Positions 51,699 through 61,840 of a stretch of 64,000 nt of DNA are shown piece after piece. This DNA is from Clostridia bacterium. GTDB taxonomy: Bacteria; Bacillota; Clostridia; Christensenellales; CAG-138. A program made the translations under genes and the position numbers. The notes under the pieces were generated by a model that had not been told where the DNA came from, ran no database searches, and saw only the letters and a program-made list of their open reading frames with translations. Position 1 is the first letter of the stretch. Each line of letters starts with the position of its first letter. The stretch is from positions 69,476 to 133,475 of the forward strand of contig JAFWOT010000012.1 in the NCBI GenBank assembly GCA_017509785.1, written 5' to 3'.

Positions 51699-52870
51699 TG
51701 CGCTTTCACCTCCTTGGGGCTTTCGGAGGCTTCGGGGTCGTATTCGTCGAATATCTCGCCGACGAGCTCCTCGAGTATGTCCTCAACGGTTATAATGCCG
51801 AGTATGTCGCTCCTCTCGCTGACGAAAGCGATGTGCGTGCGGCTCTTTGAAAGATCGAGCAGCAGCTCGTCAACGGGCATATCGGGGCGGACGAAGTACG
51901 GCGTGTCGAGCAGATCGACGAGATCGAGCTTGTCGTGAAGCTTCACGTATTCGCGGAAGAAGGCCCTTATAAGCACTACGCCTATCACGTTGCCCTTCGA
52001 ATTGACGACGGGCAGACGCGAATGAACGGTCTGCTTGAGCTGTTTTATCTGATCCTCTATGGGGTGGGATTCGTCAAGCTTCTCGACCTGATCCCACGGG
52101 GTGTAGCACTCGCTGACCGTGCGGCTGGAGTATTTTATGACGTTCACCATCAGCTCTGCGGTCGCGTCCTCCTGTTCGTCATCCTCCTCGCGGTCATCCT
52201 TGAATGTTTCGATTATGTCGACGAGCTCGTTCTCCGTAACGGAGGGAGCCTCGCCGCCCCTGATAAAGAGCTTGCCTATCCCGCGCCCTATCGCCGAGAA
52301 TACGACGGAGAGCGGGGTCAGCACCTTCATGAGTATGTAGAGCGAATGCCCTATGCCGAGCGAATACTTCTCGTTGCAGGCCTTGGCGTAGGCCTTCGGG
52401 AGCATCTCGGCGAAGAAGAACACGACGAGCGTGATTATGACGGTCGAGACTGTCAGCGCCGCGGCAAGGACCGATGGGCCGGCTCCTGCGAAGAGCTGCC
52501 TCGTTATCAGAACGGAAAGAGCCGAGCAGCCGATATGCATGAGATTGTTTCCTATGAGCAGGGTGGTGAGGGCCTTGTCGAAATTGTTCAATATGTACAT
52601 CACGTACTTGGCCTGCTTGTTCCCGTCCTCCGCATAGGACTTCATTCGTACCTTGTTGACCGAGGCCAGCGCGATCTCGCAGGACGCAAAATAGGAGCTT
52701 ATCACAAGGAAAAGCACCAAAAGAACTGCGTATACGATTATCAACCTCGAATTTGACCCGGAAACCGCATGGGTCAGAAGTGTGAGATTTCCTGCTTCAC
52801 TTGAAGCAGCGGATGGCATAACAGATGCAAAACATCGCCATATACTGCCATCATCCATTGATGAGACCAT
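51695..52870 (-). CDS. CNNM-family paralog (DUF21 + CBS pair, no CorC_HlyC domain); start codon uncertain
   Basis: SSYFASCEIALAS (DUF21) and a CBS pair ending VEDILEELVGEIFDEYD, then only 14 more aa. ATGA overlap with the downstream paralog. The N-terminal 45 aa of the listed ORF may not be translated. Confidence 0.8.
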   Translation of the reverse strand: MVSSMDDGSIWRCFASVMPSAASSEAGNLTLLTHAVSGSNSRLIIVYAVLLVLFLVISSYFASCEIALASVNKVRMKSYAEDGNKQAKYVMYILNNFDKALTTLLIGNNLMHIGCSALSVLITRQLFAGAGPSVLAAALTVSTVIITLVVFFFAEMLPKAYAKACNEKYSLGIGHSLYILMKVLTPLSVVFSAIGRGIGKLFIRGGEAPSVTENELVDIIETFKDDREEDDEQEDATAELMVNVIKYSSRTVSECYTPWDQVEKLDESHPIEDQIKQLKQTVHSRLPVVNSKGNVIGVVLIRAFFREYVKLHDKLDLVDLLDTPYFVRPDMPVDELLLDLSKSRTHIAFVSERSDILGIITVEDILEELVGEIFDEYDPEASESPKEVKAQ

Positions 52871-52978
52871 CTCCTCTCAAATTTAATCCAATACATTATA
52901 CATCATAGCACAGCGCAGAGCAAATATATTTTGAAAGAACGGAGTGCGAAAATTTGTTCTGAATTTCACTTCCGAAGA

Positions 52979-53007
52979 TTGACGGAGCCCATGCGGTATG
53001 GTATAAT
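52979..53007 (+). promoter_or_regulatory. SigA-type promoter (extended -10) of the DnaD/DnaI operon
   Basis: TTGACG (52979-52984), 17 nt, TGG-TATAAT (52999-53007). Confidence 0.65.
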
Positions 53008-53054
53008 ATTATTAAAGGCGGATCTGCTTTTTCTTATTCTGCAAGGAGGCCCCG

Positions 53055-54275
53055 ATGAACGGCGTTATTTTTTTAAAGGACAGGGAGCTGTTGGGCGTGA
53101 CTCCCGTTGAAAACGTATTCATAGCCAACTTCATGCCCTCCGCGCCGGAAGCCGCCGTCAAGGTCTATCTCTACGGGCTGATGCTTTTGTCGTCCTCCCA
53201 TTCCGCTGATGAGGATATCGCCGCCGCCCTGGGCATGAGCGAAACGGACGTGAGAGCCGCCTTCTCGTATTGGGAGAGCGCGGGGATCATCCGCGTCATA
53301 GGCGAGGAGCCGCTGCAGATAATGTACCTCAACGTGAAGGAAGCGCTTTCAAAGGGCGCCGTCGATACGGCGGGGGCGAGATACGGCGAGTTCGTCAGGC
53401 GCATACAGGAAGCCGCCGGCACCCGAATGATATCGGGGGCGGAGCTTAAAAAGATGTACGATTGGCTTGACGTGTTCGGCTTCGAGCAGGACGCCGCGAT
53501 CGAGCTTTTCCGCCGCTGCCTTGAAACTAAGGGGGCAAGGACGAGCGTCTCATACATGGACGCCGTCGCAAAGACCCTCGCAGGCAAGTCCGCCCTCACG
53601 AAGGAAGCCGTATCGGAGCACTTCGATGAGGAGGAGCTTCTGAAGACGGGAGCCGCCCGCATACTTAAGAGCTGGCACATGAGCCGCAGGCCCACCGAAG
53701 CGGAGCTCGCCCTCTATGAAAAATGGACGAAGGCATGGGGCCTGACCCGGGAGGTCGTTGACGCCGCCCTGCAAAAGATGACCGCAGCAGAGAAGATGAC
53801 CTTCGCTTATCTCGACTCCATTTTGAAGGAGTGGCACGAGACCGGCAGGATCGACATGAATGCGGTCGAAGAGGCCGCGAAGCGCGAGGACATGATGATC
53901 GAGCTCGCGCGGCAGGCGTTCAAACGGGCGGGGCTCGCTTCGCGCCCGAACGGGGAACAGAGGCGCCTCATAAGCGAATACTGTTTGGAAAGGCACATGA
54001 ACGCCGAGATGATACTCTACGCCGCGGAGCTTTCCAACGGGGATCAGAGGCCGTTTGTGAGGTTCAAGTCAATATTGAAGGATTGGAGCGAGCACGGAAT
54101 AGGTTCGCTTCGTGAGGCGAGGGAGTACCACGAGCGGAACGGTTCCCGCCCCGCGGGGAGAGCCGCGCAGGTCGGACGCGCTCTCAATTACATACACGGC
54201 GGCAGATATACCGACGAGGAGCTGAAAAAGCTCGGCATAAGCACCGGTGAGGAATTCTACGATGATGAAGAATAG
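53055..54275 (+). CDS. DnaD-domain replication initiation / membrane attachment protein (B. subtilis DnaB/DnaD-like)
   Basis: N-terminus VENVFIANFMPSAPEAAVKVYLYGL and repeated DnaD-like segments (YWESAGII, ILKEWHETG, ILKDWSEHG). RBS AAGGAGG. Confidence 0.8.
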   Translation: MNGVIFLKDRELLGVTPVENVFIANFMPSAPEAAVKVYLYGLMLLSSSHSADEDIAAALGMSETDVRAAFSYWESAGIIRVIGEEPLQIMYLNVKEALSKGAVDTAGARYGEFVRRIQEAAGTRMISGAELKKMYDWLDVFGFEQDAAIELFRRCLETKGARTSVSYMDAVAKTLAGKSALTKEAVSEHFDEEELLKTGAARILKSWHMSRRPTEAELALYEKWTKAWGLTREVVDAALQKMTAAEKMTFAYLDSILKEWHETGRIDMNAVEEAAKREDMMIELARQAFKRAGLASRPNGEQRRLISEYCLERHMNAEMILYAAELSNGDQRPFVRFKSILKDWSEHGIGSLREAREYHERNGSRPAGRAAQVGRALNYIHGGRYTDEELKKLGISTGEEFYDDEE

Positions 54276-55215
54276 ACTGCATTTCTGCAAGGAAGTGGAC
54301 GACGAGCTCTCCAGAAGGAAGAGCAGGATGCTCCGCGCTCAAAGGTCGAACGAGCTGCGCCTCTCCGCGGAGCAGCCGGAGCTTTCCCGGCTGGCGGATC
54401 GGATCAGGCAGACGGCTTTTGAATACGGGGAAAAGATAATGGCCTCCCCGAAGGACGCCGAGGCGCTCAAGGCGCTTGCGAAGACAGAAATATCCGCTAT
54501 GGAATCGGAACTGAAACGCGGCCTTGAGGAATGCGGGCTCGGAGCGGATTTCCTGGGGCCCCATTACACCTGCCCTGTTTGCCGTGACACGGGTGTTTAC
54601 GAGGGGCGCATGTGCTCCTGCGTGGGGCAGCTTCTTATAGATAAAAGCTTCTCGGGCTCCGGCTTGAACGCGGGCGAGAGCTTCGAAGCCTTCCGTCACG
54701 ACCTCATTGCCGACCCGAAGGAGCATCGCGCGAGCGAGCGAATATTCGCCTTCTGCCGCGAATACGCCGGGAGCTTCCCCGAGAACGATCAGCCGGATAT
54801 GCTCCTCATCGGCGCGCCCGGCGTCGGCAAGACCTATCTTCTCAACTGCATAGGCGGCGAGGTGCTTAAAAACGGGCATTCCGTATTGAAGCTCACCGCG
54901 AACAGGCTCGTAAACCGCGTAATGGAATCCATTCGCGATTACAGCGCCGAACGCCCCGATTTCACGATACCCGAGCTTCTGCTCATAGACGATCTCGGCA
55001 CGGAGCCGCTCATACCGAACGTCACGATAGAGACTTTGCTTTCCCTCATTTGCGAGAGGCAGGATCTCGGCAGGGCGACGATAATCGCTTCAAATAAGGA
55101 TACCGCGACTCTCGCCTCCGAATACGGGGACAGGATCATGTCGCGCCTTGTAGCGCCCAACCGCGTGCGCGTCATAAAGATAACGACCCCTTCCGTCCGC
55201 GTAATGAAGTTCTGA
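54262..55215 (+). CDS. dnaI: Helicase loader ATPase, DnaI/DnaC-type (AAA+)
   Basis: Zn motif CPVCRDTGVYEGRMCSC. Walker A GAPGVGKTY. Walker B LLLIDDLG. RBS GAGGAA 7 nt before ATG 54262. It overlaps the end of the DnaD gene. Confidence 0.8.
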   Translation: MMKNRLHFCKEVDDELSRRKSRMLRAQRSNELRLSAEQPELSRLADRIRQTAFEYGEKIMASPKDAEALKALAKTEISAMESELKRGLEECGLGADFLGPHYTCPVCRDTGVYEGRMCSCVGQLLIDKSFSGSGLNAGESFEAFRHDLIADPKEHRASERIFAFCREYAGSFPENDQPDMLLIGAPGVGKTYLLNCIGGEVLKNGHSVLKLTANRLVNRVMESIRDYSAERPDFTIPELLLIDDLGTEPLIPNVTIETLLSLICERQDLGRATIIASNKDTATLASEYGDRIMSRLVAPNRVRVIKITTPSVRVMKF

Positions 55216-55295
55216 TACCAAAGCCGCACGGCTCAAAGTATTTTCCGGGCTTCTCCGGCATAGAATTGACCGAACAAAAAACCGGAGGCGCAAGG

Positions 55296-56183
55296 ATGAG
55301 GATATTCGTTATAACAAAAAGGAACCTGCTGATCTCGGCCGCCGTTTTGGCGGCTTTTATCGCATGCGCGATCGCTTTAGCATTTTCGTGCGGGGGCGGG
55401 CACGCCGTCGAAAACAAGCCCGAAAAGACCGGAGCCGCTGAGCCCGCCCGCGAAGCAGCTTCCGCGGCGCAGACGGCGCCGCGGACCGGCCTGCTTTCAT
55501 CAGAAGATATCTATGAGGCGGACGTCCTGGCGGGGCTCCATAAGGAGCTGCCGGTCTATTCCGTTGAGCGAAGCGACGGGAAGATAGCCCTCACGATCGA
55601 CGCCGCGTGGGATGACGACAAGACCCCCTTCATATTGGAAACGCTCTCGAAGTACAACGTGAAAGCGACTTTCTTCCTCTGCGGCTCATGGGTGACCGCA
55701 TACCCCGATCAGGTCCTCGCGATACACAGGGCGGGCCATTCCATAGGGAACCATTCGATGACGCATCCGCACATGTCCGAGCTCACGGAAGAGAGGATAA
55801 AGAAGGAGATAAGCGATCTCGACGACGCCCTCCAAAGCATAACGGGGGAGAGGTCGACCCTCTTCCGCGCCCCGTTCGGGGAATACAACGACAGAGTCAT
55901 ACTCGCTGTCCGCGCTTCCGGGCACGAGCCCATCCAGTGGGATATCGATACCATCGACTGGAAGCCCGAACGCAGCTCGCAGACCATACTCGATTCGGTC
56001 CTGCCGAAGCTCCACGACGGCGCCGTGATACTCTGCCACAATAACGGATACAAGATAGAGGAGTATCTGCCCACCCTCATCGAGACCGCGCAGGCGAACG
56101 GGTATTCATTCGTTACGGTCGACGAGCTCCTCCTCGGGGGAGAGACGATGATCGACGTGAACGGCGTGCAGAAACTGAAATGA
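55296..56183 (+). CDS. Polysaccharide deacetylase (NodB-domain) family protein, membrane-anchored
   Basis: TM anchor. LTIDAAWDDD, GNHSMTHPHM and LFRAPFGEY are NodB motifs. GGAGG lies 7 nt before ATG 55296. Confidence 0.88.
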   Translation: MRIFVITKRNLLISAAVLAAFIACAIALAFSCGGGHAVENKPEKTGAAEPAREAASAAQTAPRTGLLSSEDIYEADVLAGLHKELPVYSVERSDGKIALTIDAAWDDDKTPFILETLSKYNVKATFFLCGSWVTAYPDQVLAIHRAGHSIGNHSMTHPHMSELTEERIKKEISDLDDALQSITGERSTLFRAPFGEYNDRVILAVRASGHEPIQWDIDTIDWKPERSSQTILDSVLPKLHDGAVILCHNNGYKIEEYLPTLIETAQANGYSFVTVDELLLGGETMIDVNGVQKLK

Positions 56184-56190
56184 GCAAATG

Positions 56191-56220
56191 AAAACACGGA
56201 GCCGAAACCCCGTGTTTTTT
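56191..56220. terminator. Bidirectional intrinsic terminator
   Basis: AAAACACGG (56191-56199), a 10-nt loop, CCGTGTTTT (56210-56218), plus extra T residues. Confidence 0.75.
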
Positions 56221-56230
56221 CTTCGTTGAT

Positions 56231-57151
56231 TTACAGAAGCGCCTCCGAGAAGCTCCTCGCGTCGAAGGGCTGGAGGTCTTCTATGCCCTCGCCCACACCT
56301 ATGAAGCGGATGGGGAGACCCAATTCGTTTTTGACCGCGACCACGACGCCGCCCTTCGCGGTGCCGTCGAGCTTCGTGAGTATTATCCCGGTGAGGCCGC
56401 AGCTCTCGCTGAAGGCCTTCGCCTGAGCGATGGCGTTCTGCCCGGTCGTCGCGTCGAGAACGAGCAGCACCTCAACGTGCGCTTCGGGAAGCTCGCGGTC
56501 TATGACGCGGCGGATCTTCGAGAGCTCGTTCATGAGGTTCTTTTTATTATGGAGCCTGCCCGCGGTATCGCAGATGAGCAGATCGTTCTTCTTCGAGCGG
56601 TAGGAGGCTATCGCGTCGAAAACGACCGCGGCGGGATCAGCGCCCTCGCCGTGCTTGATTATGGGAACGTCGGCGCGCTCCGCCCACACGGTGAGCTGCT
56701 CGGCGGCTGCCGCGCGGAATGTATCCGCCGCTGCCAGCATCGGGTGCATGCCCTCCGCCTTGTACATGGAGGCGAGCTTGCCTATGGAGGTCGTCTTACC
56801 CACTCCGTTCACGCCGACTATGAGTATCACGTTGTCGCCGCCCTCCGCAAGGAATGGAGTGTCGTCGCTCATGTGCTCCTCGAGTATGCGGATGAGCGCC
56901 TCCTTCGCGGCGCCGCGATCGGGGAGCTTTTCGGCCTTTACCTGTGCGCGGAGTTTGTCGAGTATCTCCTCGGTGGTTTCAAAGCCGCAGTCCGCCATGA
57001 TGAGAGCGTCTTCGAGCTCCTCGTAGAATTCATCGTTGATCTTCTCTTCGGAATTGCCGAATATGGCGCCCAAGAGCCCGCCGCGGGTCTTGGAAAGGCC
57101 TTCCTTCAGCCTTGCGAAAAGGCCGGGCTTCTTTTCCTTTTTCTTTTCCAT
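56231..57151 (-). CDS. ftsY: Signal recognition particle receptor FtsY
   Basis: GVNGVGKTTSIGKLA...DTAGRL...TKLDGTAKGG. ATG 57151 is preceded by GGAGGA and lies after the smc stop; the listed start 57187 would overlap smc. Confidence 0.95.
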   Translation of the reverse strand: MEKKKEKKPGLFARLKEGLSKTRGGLLGAIFGNSEEKINDEFYEELEDALIMADCGFETTEEILDKLRAQVKAEKLPDRGAAKEALIRILEEHMSDDTPFLAEGGDNVILIVGVNGVGKTTSIGKLASMYKAEGMHPMLAAADTFRAAAAEQLTVWAERADVPIIKHGEGADPAAVVFDAIASYRSKKNDLLICDTAGRLHNKKNLMNELSKIRRVIDRELPEAHVEVLLVLDATTGQNAIAQAKAFSESCGLTGIILTKLDGTAKGGVVVAVKNELGLPIRFIGVGEGIEDLQPFDARSFSEALL

Positions 57152-57167
57152 GGGTCCTCCTTTTGGT

Positions 57168-60100
57168 TTATGCGATGCTGTTTTCACCGAAACGGGCGGA
57201 GATAAGGGTGGACACGCCCTTTTCCTCCATCGAGACTCCGTACAGCGAATCGCATACGGCCATCGCGCCCTTTCGGTGGGTGATTATTATGAACTGAGTG
57301 TTCTCCGAATAGTTCTTCAGGTATTCGGCGTAATTGTCCACGTTCGCTTCATCGAGGGAGGTATCTATCTCGTCGAGTATGCAGAACGCGGCGGGTTTCA
57401 ATTTCAGTATTGCAAAGAGAAGCGCTATCGCCGTCAGCGCCTGCTCACCGCCGGAGAGCAGGGAGAGGAGCTGCAGCTTCTTTCCCGGGGGCTGTGCGAT
57501 AATGTCGATATCGCAGTTCAGTATGTCGGATGAATCCGAGAGCACCAGCTCCGCTCTTCCGCCGTGGAAGAGCTCCGTAAAGGTGGAGGCGAAGTTCTCC
57601 CGGATCTTGGCGAACTGCTCGGCGAATTCCTTCTCCATCGTGGAGGTAAGACGTTTGATTATCTCCGTCAGGTCAAGCTCCGCCTTTTTGAGATCCTCGC
57701 ACTGCTTCGAAAGCTCCTCGTGCCTCTCGACGACGTTCCTGTAATCCTCGACCGAGGATGTGTTCACCTCGCCGAGGCTCCTTATCTCCGTTCTCAGCTC
57801 GTCGGCGCGTACGTGTGAAGCCGTGACCGATATCTGGCGGCGGAAGGGGAGAGCGTTCTCGTAAGTGAGCTCGTAATCCTGCCAGATGCGCTGGGTCATG
57901 TTATCGAGCTCGAGCTTCAGACGGTTGAGGTTGAGCTCATACCTATGGAGCCGCTCGCGCATCTCGGTAAGGGAAGCGGCGCCGCTGTCGCGCCTTTCGC
58001 GAAGCTCGTCTACGAAGCGCAGTTTCTGTGCCCGCTCCTCCTCAAGGGCGCGGCGCTCGTCGGTCAGCGCGTCGACCTCGGTCTTCTCCTTCGAGATGCC
58101 GGTGCTCATCGAACCGAGCGTTTCCCTTGACCGGGAGAGCTCGTCGGAAAGGCGCTCCGCCTGTTCGGAGCTGTTTTTCTCGGAATCCTTAAACGAGGAT
58201 ATCTCGCGTTCGAGCCTGGCGAGATCGGCGTTCGCCGCGGAGTTTTCCTTGACGGCGGCCATATGCCGCACCTTAATGGAGGTGACCTCCTCCGATACGG
58301 CGCGGGCTTTTTCCCGCAGTACGGTTATTTCCGCCTGGACGCGCTTTATGTCCTCGGCGGTGGAAGCGTTGCCCGTGTTGAGGCCGGATTCGTCCTCCTC
58401 GGCCTGCTTCGCTTCGGAGTCTATATCGGCGATATTGTCGTTTATCTGGGCGAGCTCCGCGTCGTATTTTGCGCGGAGAGCGTCGTTCTTCTCAACGTAC
58501 TGAAGGACTATATCGTGCTTTTCGCGGAGAGCGGCGCGCTTTATGTCAAGCGAGCGGATGCTCTCGGCAAGCTCCGAGATCGCGTCGTTGAATCCGGGGA
58601 GCTTTGCTTCGAGCGCGGCCGTCTTCCTTCCGCATTCGGCGATGCCGTTCTCGGTTTCCTTTGCCTTCTTCGCAAGCTGTTCAAGCTCACGCTCGCGCCC
58701 GAGTATGCTGAACTCGCGCTTCTGAGTGCTGCCGCCCGTCATGGAGCCGCCGGGGTTCATTATGTCCCCGCGAAGGGTGGCTATCCTGAAGGACGAACGC
58801 GCCCTCTTGTTTATCGCTATGCCGACGTCGATATCCCTGACTATTACCGTGCGCCCCAGAAGATTCTCGGCGATGTTCCTGTACCTCGGGGAGAAGCTTA
58901 TGAGCTCCGAAGCCACGCCGAAGCACCCTTCGACGTTTATACAGGAGCGCTCCTCCGGCGTCAGAGTCCTCGGACGCATGGCGCTTACGGGGAGCAGGGT
59001 CGCCCTGCCGTATTTCTTTCTGCGGAGGTATTCTATGACCTGCTTTGCCTCCTGCTCGGTGGGCACGACTATATTCTGCAATGCTGAGCCGAGCGCCATC
59101 TCAAGCGCCGTCTCGTATTCAGCGGGCACGCTGATGAGCTCCGCCACGACTCCCTCGATGAGCTGTGAGAGGGAGGTGTCCCTCTCGGCGTCGCGCAGGA
59201 GATCGCGCACGCTCGAATAATACCCCTCGTGCGCGCGCTTCATCTCGTTCAATACGCGGCTCCTCGAGCGTAGAGAGCCGAGCTCCCCTTCAAGGCGGCG
59301 CTCCTCGCGGGATATGGAGGCGATCTCGAAATTGACTCCGTTCAGCTTCTCGACGGCTTCCGCCTGCTTGTTTTTGAGCGAGGCGAGCTCGTTCTCGACT
59401 TCGGCGTCCTCCGCCGCGCACTGCTCGTTTTCAAGACGGAGCCGATCGCCCTCCTCGTCGACGGCGAGCTTCTCGTTTTCGATATCGGAGATCCTGGCGG
59501 TAAGCGCCTTCTTCATCGCGTCGAGCCTTGAAAGGCGGCTCTTTGCATCGGATAGGCGGTTCATCCTGTCCATCATGGACTGCTTGTGGGCTTCGAGCTC
59601 CTCCTCCCTGGAGGCAAGCTCAAGGGAAACGGAAGCGTCCGCGCGCTCCGCCTTTTCGAGCTCGTCCGCGGCGGCCTTCGTTTCGGCCGCGAGGCCGGAG
59701 AGCTTTTCCCTTATGCCGGCGGCGGCGCTCTCGCGCTCGTCCATCGCTGCGCGGGCTTCCTTCGCGGAGGCTATGAGCCTTTCGATATCGCGCTCAAAAG
59801 CCGCTATCTTCTCGCGCAGGACCTTCTCCTCGCCCGTATGCGCCTCCATTCCCGCAGTAGCCGCAAGGAGCCTGCGGTCGACCTCGCTTATCGCGGCGGA
59901 TAAGCTGCGTTCCGATTCCTCCCCTTCGGAGAGGGTGGAGGCGAGCGCCTCCGCGGAAGCGGCGGCAAGCTCGATCTGCGCGGTGAGCTGTTCGGAATTG
60001 TCGGTAAGCTGTTTTATTCGCTCGCCCGATTTTTCATACTGGTATATGTAAAGGTTGAGGTCGATGTCCTTCAGCTCGTCGCGCAGCTTCAAAAAACGAA

Positions 60101-60737
60101 GCGCCTTCTCGCTCTGTTCGCGCAGGGGCTCTATGCGCCCCTCGAGCTCAAGGAGAATGTCGTCGAGCCTGACGAGGTTCTTCTGCGTGTTGAGGAGCTT
60201 CCTCTCGGCCTCCTCCTTGCGGACGCGGTATTTGTTGACGCCGGCCGCTTCCTCGAAGGCGATGCGCCTGTCGCCGCTCTTCTCGGAGATTATCTCCGAA
60301 ACGCGCCCCTGACCGATTATGGAATAGCCGTCCTTGCCTACGCCGGTATCGCGGAAAAGCTCGTGGATGTCCTTCAGGCGGCAGGCGGCCTTGTTGATGT
60401 AGTATTCGCTTTCGCCGGAGCGGTAAGCCCGCCGCGTGATGCACACGTCGCGGTACGGGGTCTTCAATTCACCGTCGGAATTATCGAAGAAGAGGGAGAC
60501 CTCGCAGAACGAAAGCGCGCGGCGCTTCTGCGTCCCGCCGAATATGAAGTCCTCGACTTTCTTGCCTCGCAGCGCCCTCGCGCTCTGCTCGCCGAGCACG
60601 AAACGGAAGGCGTCGGCGATATTGCTCTTGCCGCACCCGTTGGGGCCGATGATGGCGGTGATCCCTCCGGGGAAGGAGAGCTCCTGCTTCTTGGCGAAGG
60701 ACTTGAATCCGTTGATCTCGATATTCGTCAATCTCAT
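57168..60737 (-). CDS. smc: Chromosome segregation protein SMC
   Basis: 1189 aa. FKSFA...GPNGCGKSN (Walker A), long coiled coils, a hinge, and a C-terminal LSGGEQALTAIALLFA...ILDEIDTSLD. Confidence 0.97.
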   Translation of the reverse strand: MRLTNIEINGFKSFAKKQELSFPGGITAIIGPNGCGKSNIADAFRFVLGEQSARALRGKKVEDFIFGGTQKRRALSFCEVSLFFDNSDGELKTPYRDVCITRRAYRSGESEYYINKAACRLKDIHELFRDTGVGKDGYSIIGQGRVSEIISEKSGDRRIAFEEAAGVNKYRVRKEEAERKLLNTQKNLVRLDDILLELEGRIEPLREQSEKALRFLKLRDELKDIDLNLYIYQYEKSGERIKQLTDNSEQLTAQIELAAASAEALASTLSEGEESERSLSAAISEVDRRLLAATAGMEAHTGEEKVLREKIAAFERDIERLIASAKEARAAMDERESAAAGIREKLSGLAAETKAAADELEKAERADASVSLELASREEELEAHKQSMMDRMNRLSDAKSRLSRLDAMKKALTARISDIENEKLAVDEEGDRLRLENEQCAAEDAEVENELASLKNKQAEAVEKLNGVNFEIASISREERRLEGELGSLRSRSRVLNEMKRAHEGYYSSVRDLLRDAERDTSLSQLIEGVVAELISVPAEYETALEMALGSALQNIVVPTEQEAKQVIEYLRRKKYGRATLLPVSAMRPRTLTPEERSCINVEGCFGVASELISFSPRYRNIAENLLGRTVIVRDIDVGIAINKRARSSFRIATLRGDIMNPGGSMTGGSTQKREFSILGRERELEQLAKKAKETENGIAECGRKTAALEAKLPGFNDAISELAESIRSLDIKRAALREKHDIVLQYVEKNDALRAKYDAELAQINDNIADIDSEAKQAEEDESGLNTGNASTAEDIKRVQAEITVLREKARAVSEEVTSIKVRHMAAVKENSAANADLARLEREISSFKDSEKNSSEQAERLSDELSRSRETLGSMSTGISKEKTEVDALTDERRALEEERAQKLRFVDELRERRDSGAASLTEMRERLHRYELNLNRLKLELDNMTQRIWQDYELTYENALPFRRQISVTASHVRADELRTEIRSLGEVNTSSVEDYRNVVERHEELSKQCEDLKKAELDLTEIIKRLTSTMEKEFAEQFAKIRENFASTFTELFHGGRAELVLSDSSDILNCDIDIIAQPPGKKLQLLSLLSGGEQALTAIALLFAILKLKPAAFCILDEIDTSLDEANVDNYAEYLKNYSENTQFIIITHRKGAMAVCDSLYGVSMEEKGVSTLISARFGENSIA

Positions 60738-61477
60738 CGGGGTTCCTCCTTCTCGGGCGGGTCTATCGCGCCGAGCATCACGAGAGTCGCATGGGCGGCG
60801 TTCTGGCTCGCTTCCTGCTTGGAATTGCCGCGCCCCTTACCCATGGGCCTTCCCGCTATGAGAGCCTCTATCGTGAATTCGCGCCTGTGGTCGGGGCCGG
60901 TCACCGAAACGACCTCATATTCGAGAGCGCCCGAATGCTCCTTCTGTACGTGCTCCTGAAGAAGGGTCTTGAAATCCTTGACGGATACCGTCTTGACCGC
61001 CTCGTTTATGAAGCCTACGGCGAAGCTCAATATGAACCTCTTTGCGGGCTCTATGCCTCCGTCGAGGTACATCGCGCCAATGACGGCTTCAAGCGCGTCG
61101 GAGAGTATGGAGGGCTTCTCGCGGCCTCCGGTATGCTCCTCGCCGTGGCTCAGAAGGAGGTAATCCCCAAGGCGGATCTCCATCGCGGCGTCGAAAAGAG
61201 CCGTTTCATACACGGCGCGCGCACGAATCCTCGTCATGAGGCCCTCGTTCATATTCGGGTTGCTGCGGAAGAGATACTCGCTCACTATGAGCTCGAGTAC
61301 GGCGTCTCCGAGGAACTCGAGCCTTTCGTTATGGCCCGAGCGGCGGTTTTCGCCCTTGACGTATGAGGTATGAGTAAGAGCGGTGTTCAAAAGCCCGGCG
61401 TCCGCGAACTCATAGCCGAGCGAGCGCTGGAGCGTATCCAGCTCACTTAGTCTTGATTCCGATAATTTCATCTGCAT
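60734..61477 (-). CDS. rnc: Ribonuclease III
   Basis: NERLEFLGDAVLEL signature plus a C-terminal dsRBD. The start could be ATG 61477, 61471 or 61513. Confidence 0.93.
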   Translation of the reverse strand: MQMKLSESRLSELDTLQRSLGYEFADAGLLNTALTHTSYVKGENRRSGHNERLEFLGDAVLELIVSEYLFRSNPNMNEGLMTRIRARAVYETALFDAAMEIRLGDYLLLSHGEEHTGGREKPSILSDALEAVIGAMYLDGGIEPAKRFILSFAVGFINEAVKTVSVKDFKTLLQEHVQKEHSGALEYEVVSVTGPDHRREFTIEALIAGRPMGKGRGNSKQEASQNAAHATLVMLGAIDPPEKEEPR

Positions 61478-61558
61478 TCCGTTCGTTTTCCAAAACAAGC
61501 CAAGGGCCTGCATTAAAGGCCGTTGGAGCCCGATGCAGGCGATTGGCTTGCGTTGATA

Positions 61559-61783
61559 TTATTTATTGTTCTCGACGATCTCGATTATCTGGCCTACGGT
61601 CTTGACCTCGGCGAGCTGCTCGTCGGGGATCTCAACGCCGTAACGATCCTCAAGATCCATGACCAGCTCCACGAGATCGAGCGAATCGGCCTTGAGATCC
61701 TCGACAAAACGGGTCTCAAGAGTGATGTTCTCCTCGGGAACGTTGAGCTGCTCGGCAATTGCCTTACGGATTTCTTCAAACAT
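61559..61783 (-). CDS. acpP: Acyl carrier protein
   Basis: 74 aa. FVEDLKADSLDLVELVMDLE carries the phosphopantetheine Ser. Confidence 0.96.
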   Translation of the reverse strand: MFEEIRKAIAEQLNVPEENITLETRFVEDLKADSLDLVELVMDLEDRYGVEIPDEQLAEVKTVGQIIEIVENNK

Positions 61784-61840
61784 ATAAAATACCGCCTTTC
61801 TATAAAATACGCATTATTTTAACCCGAATCGGGAATAATG

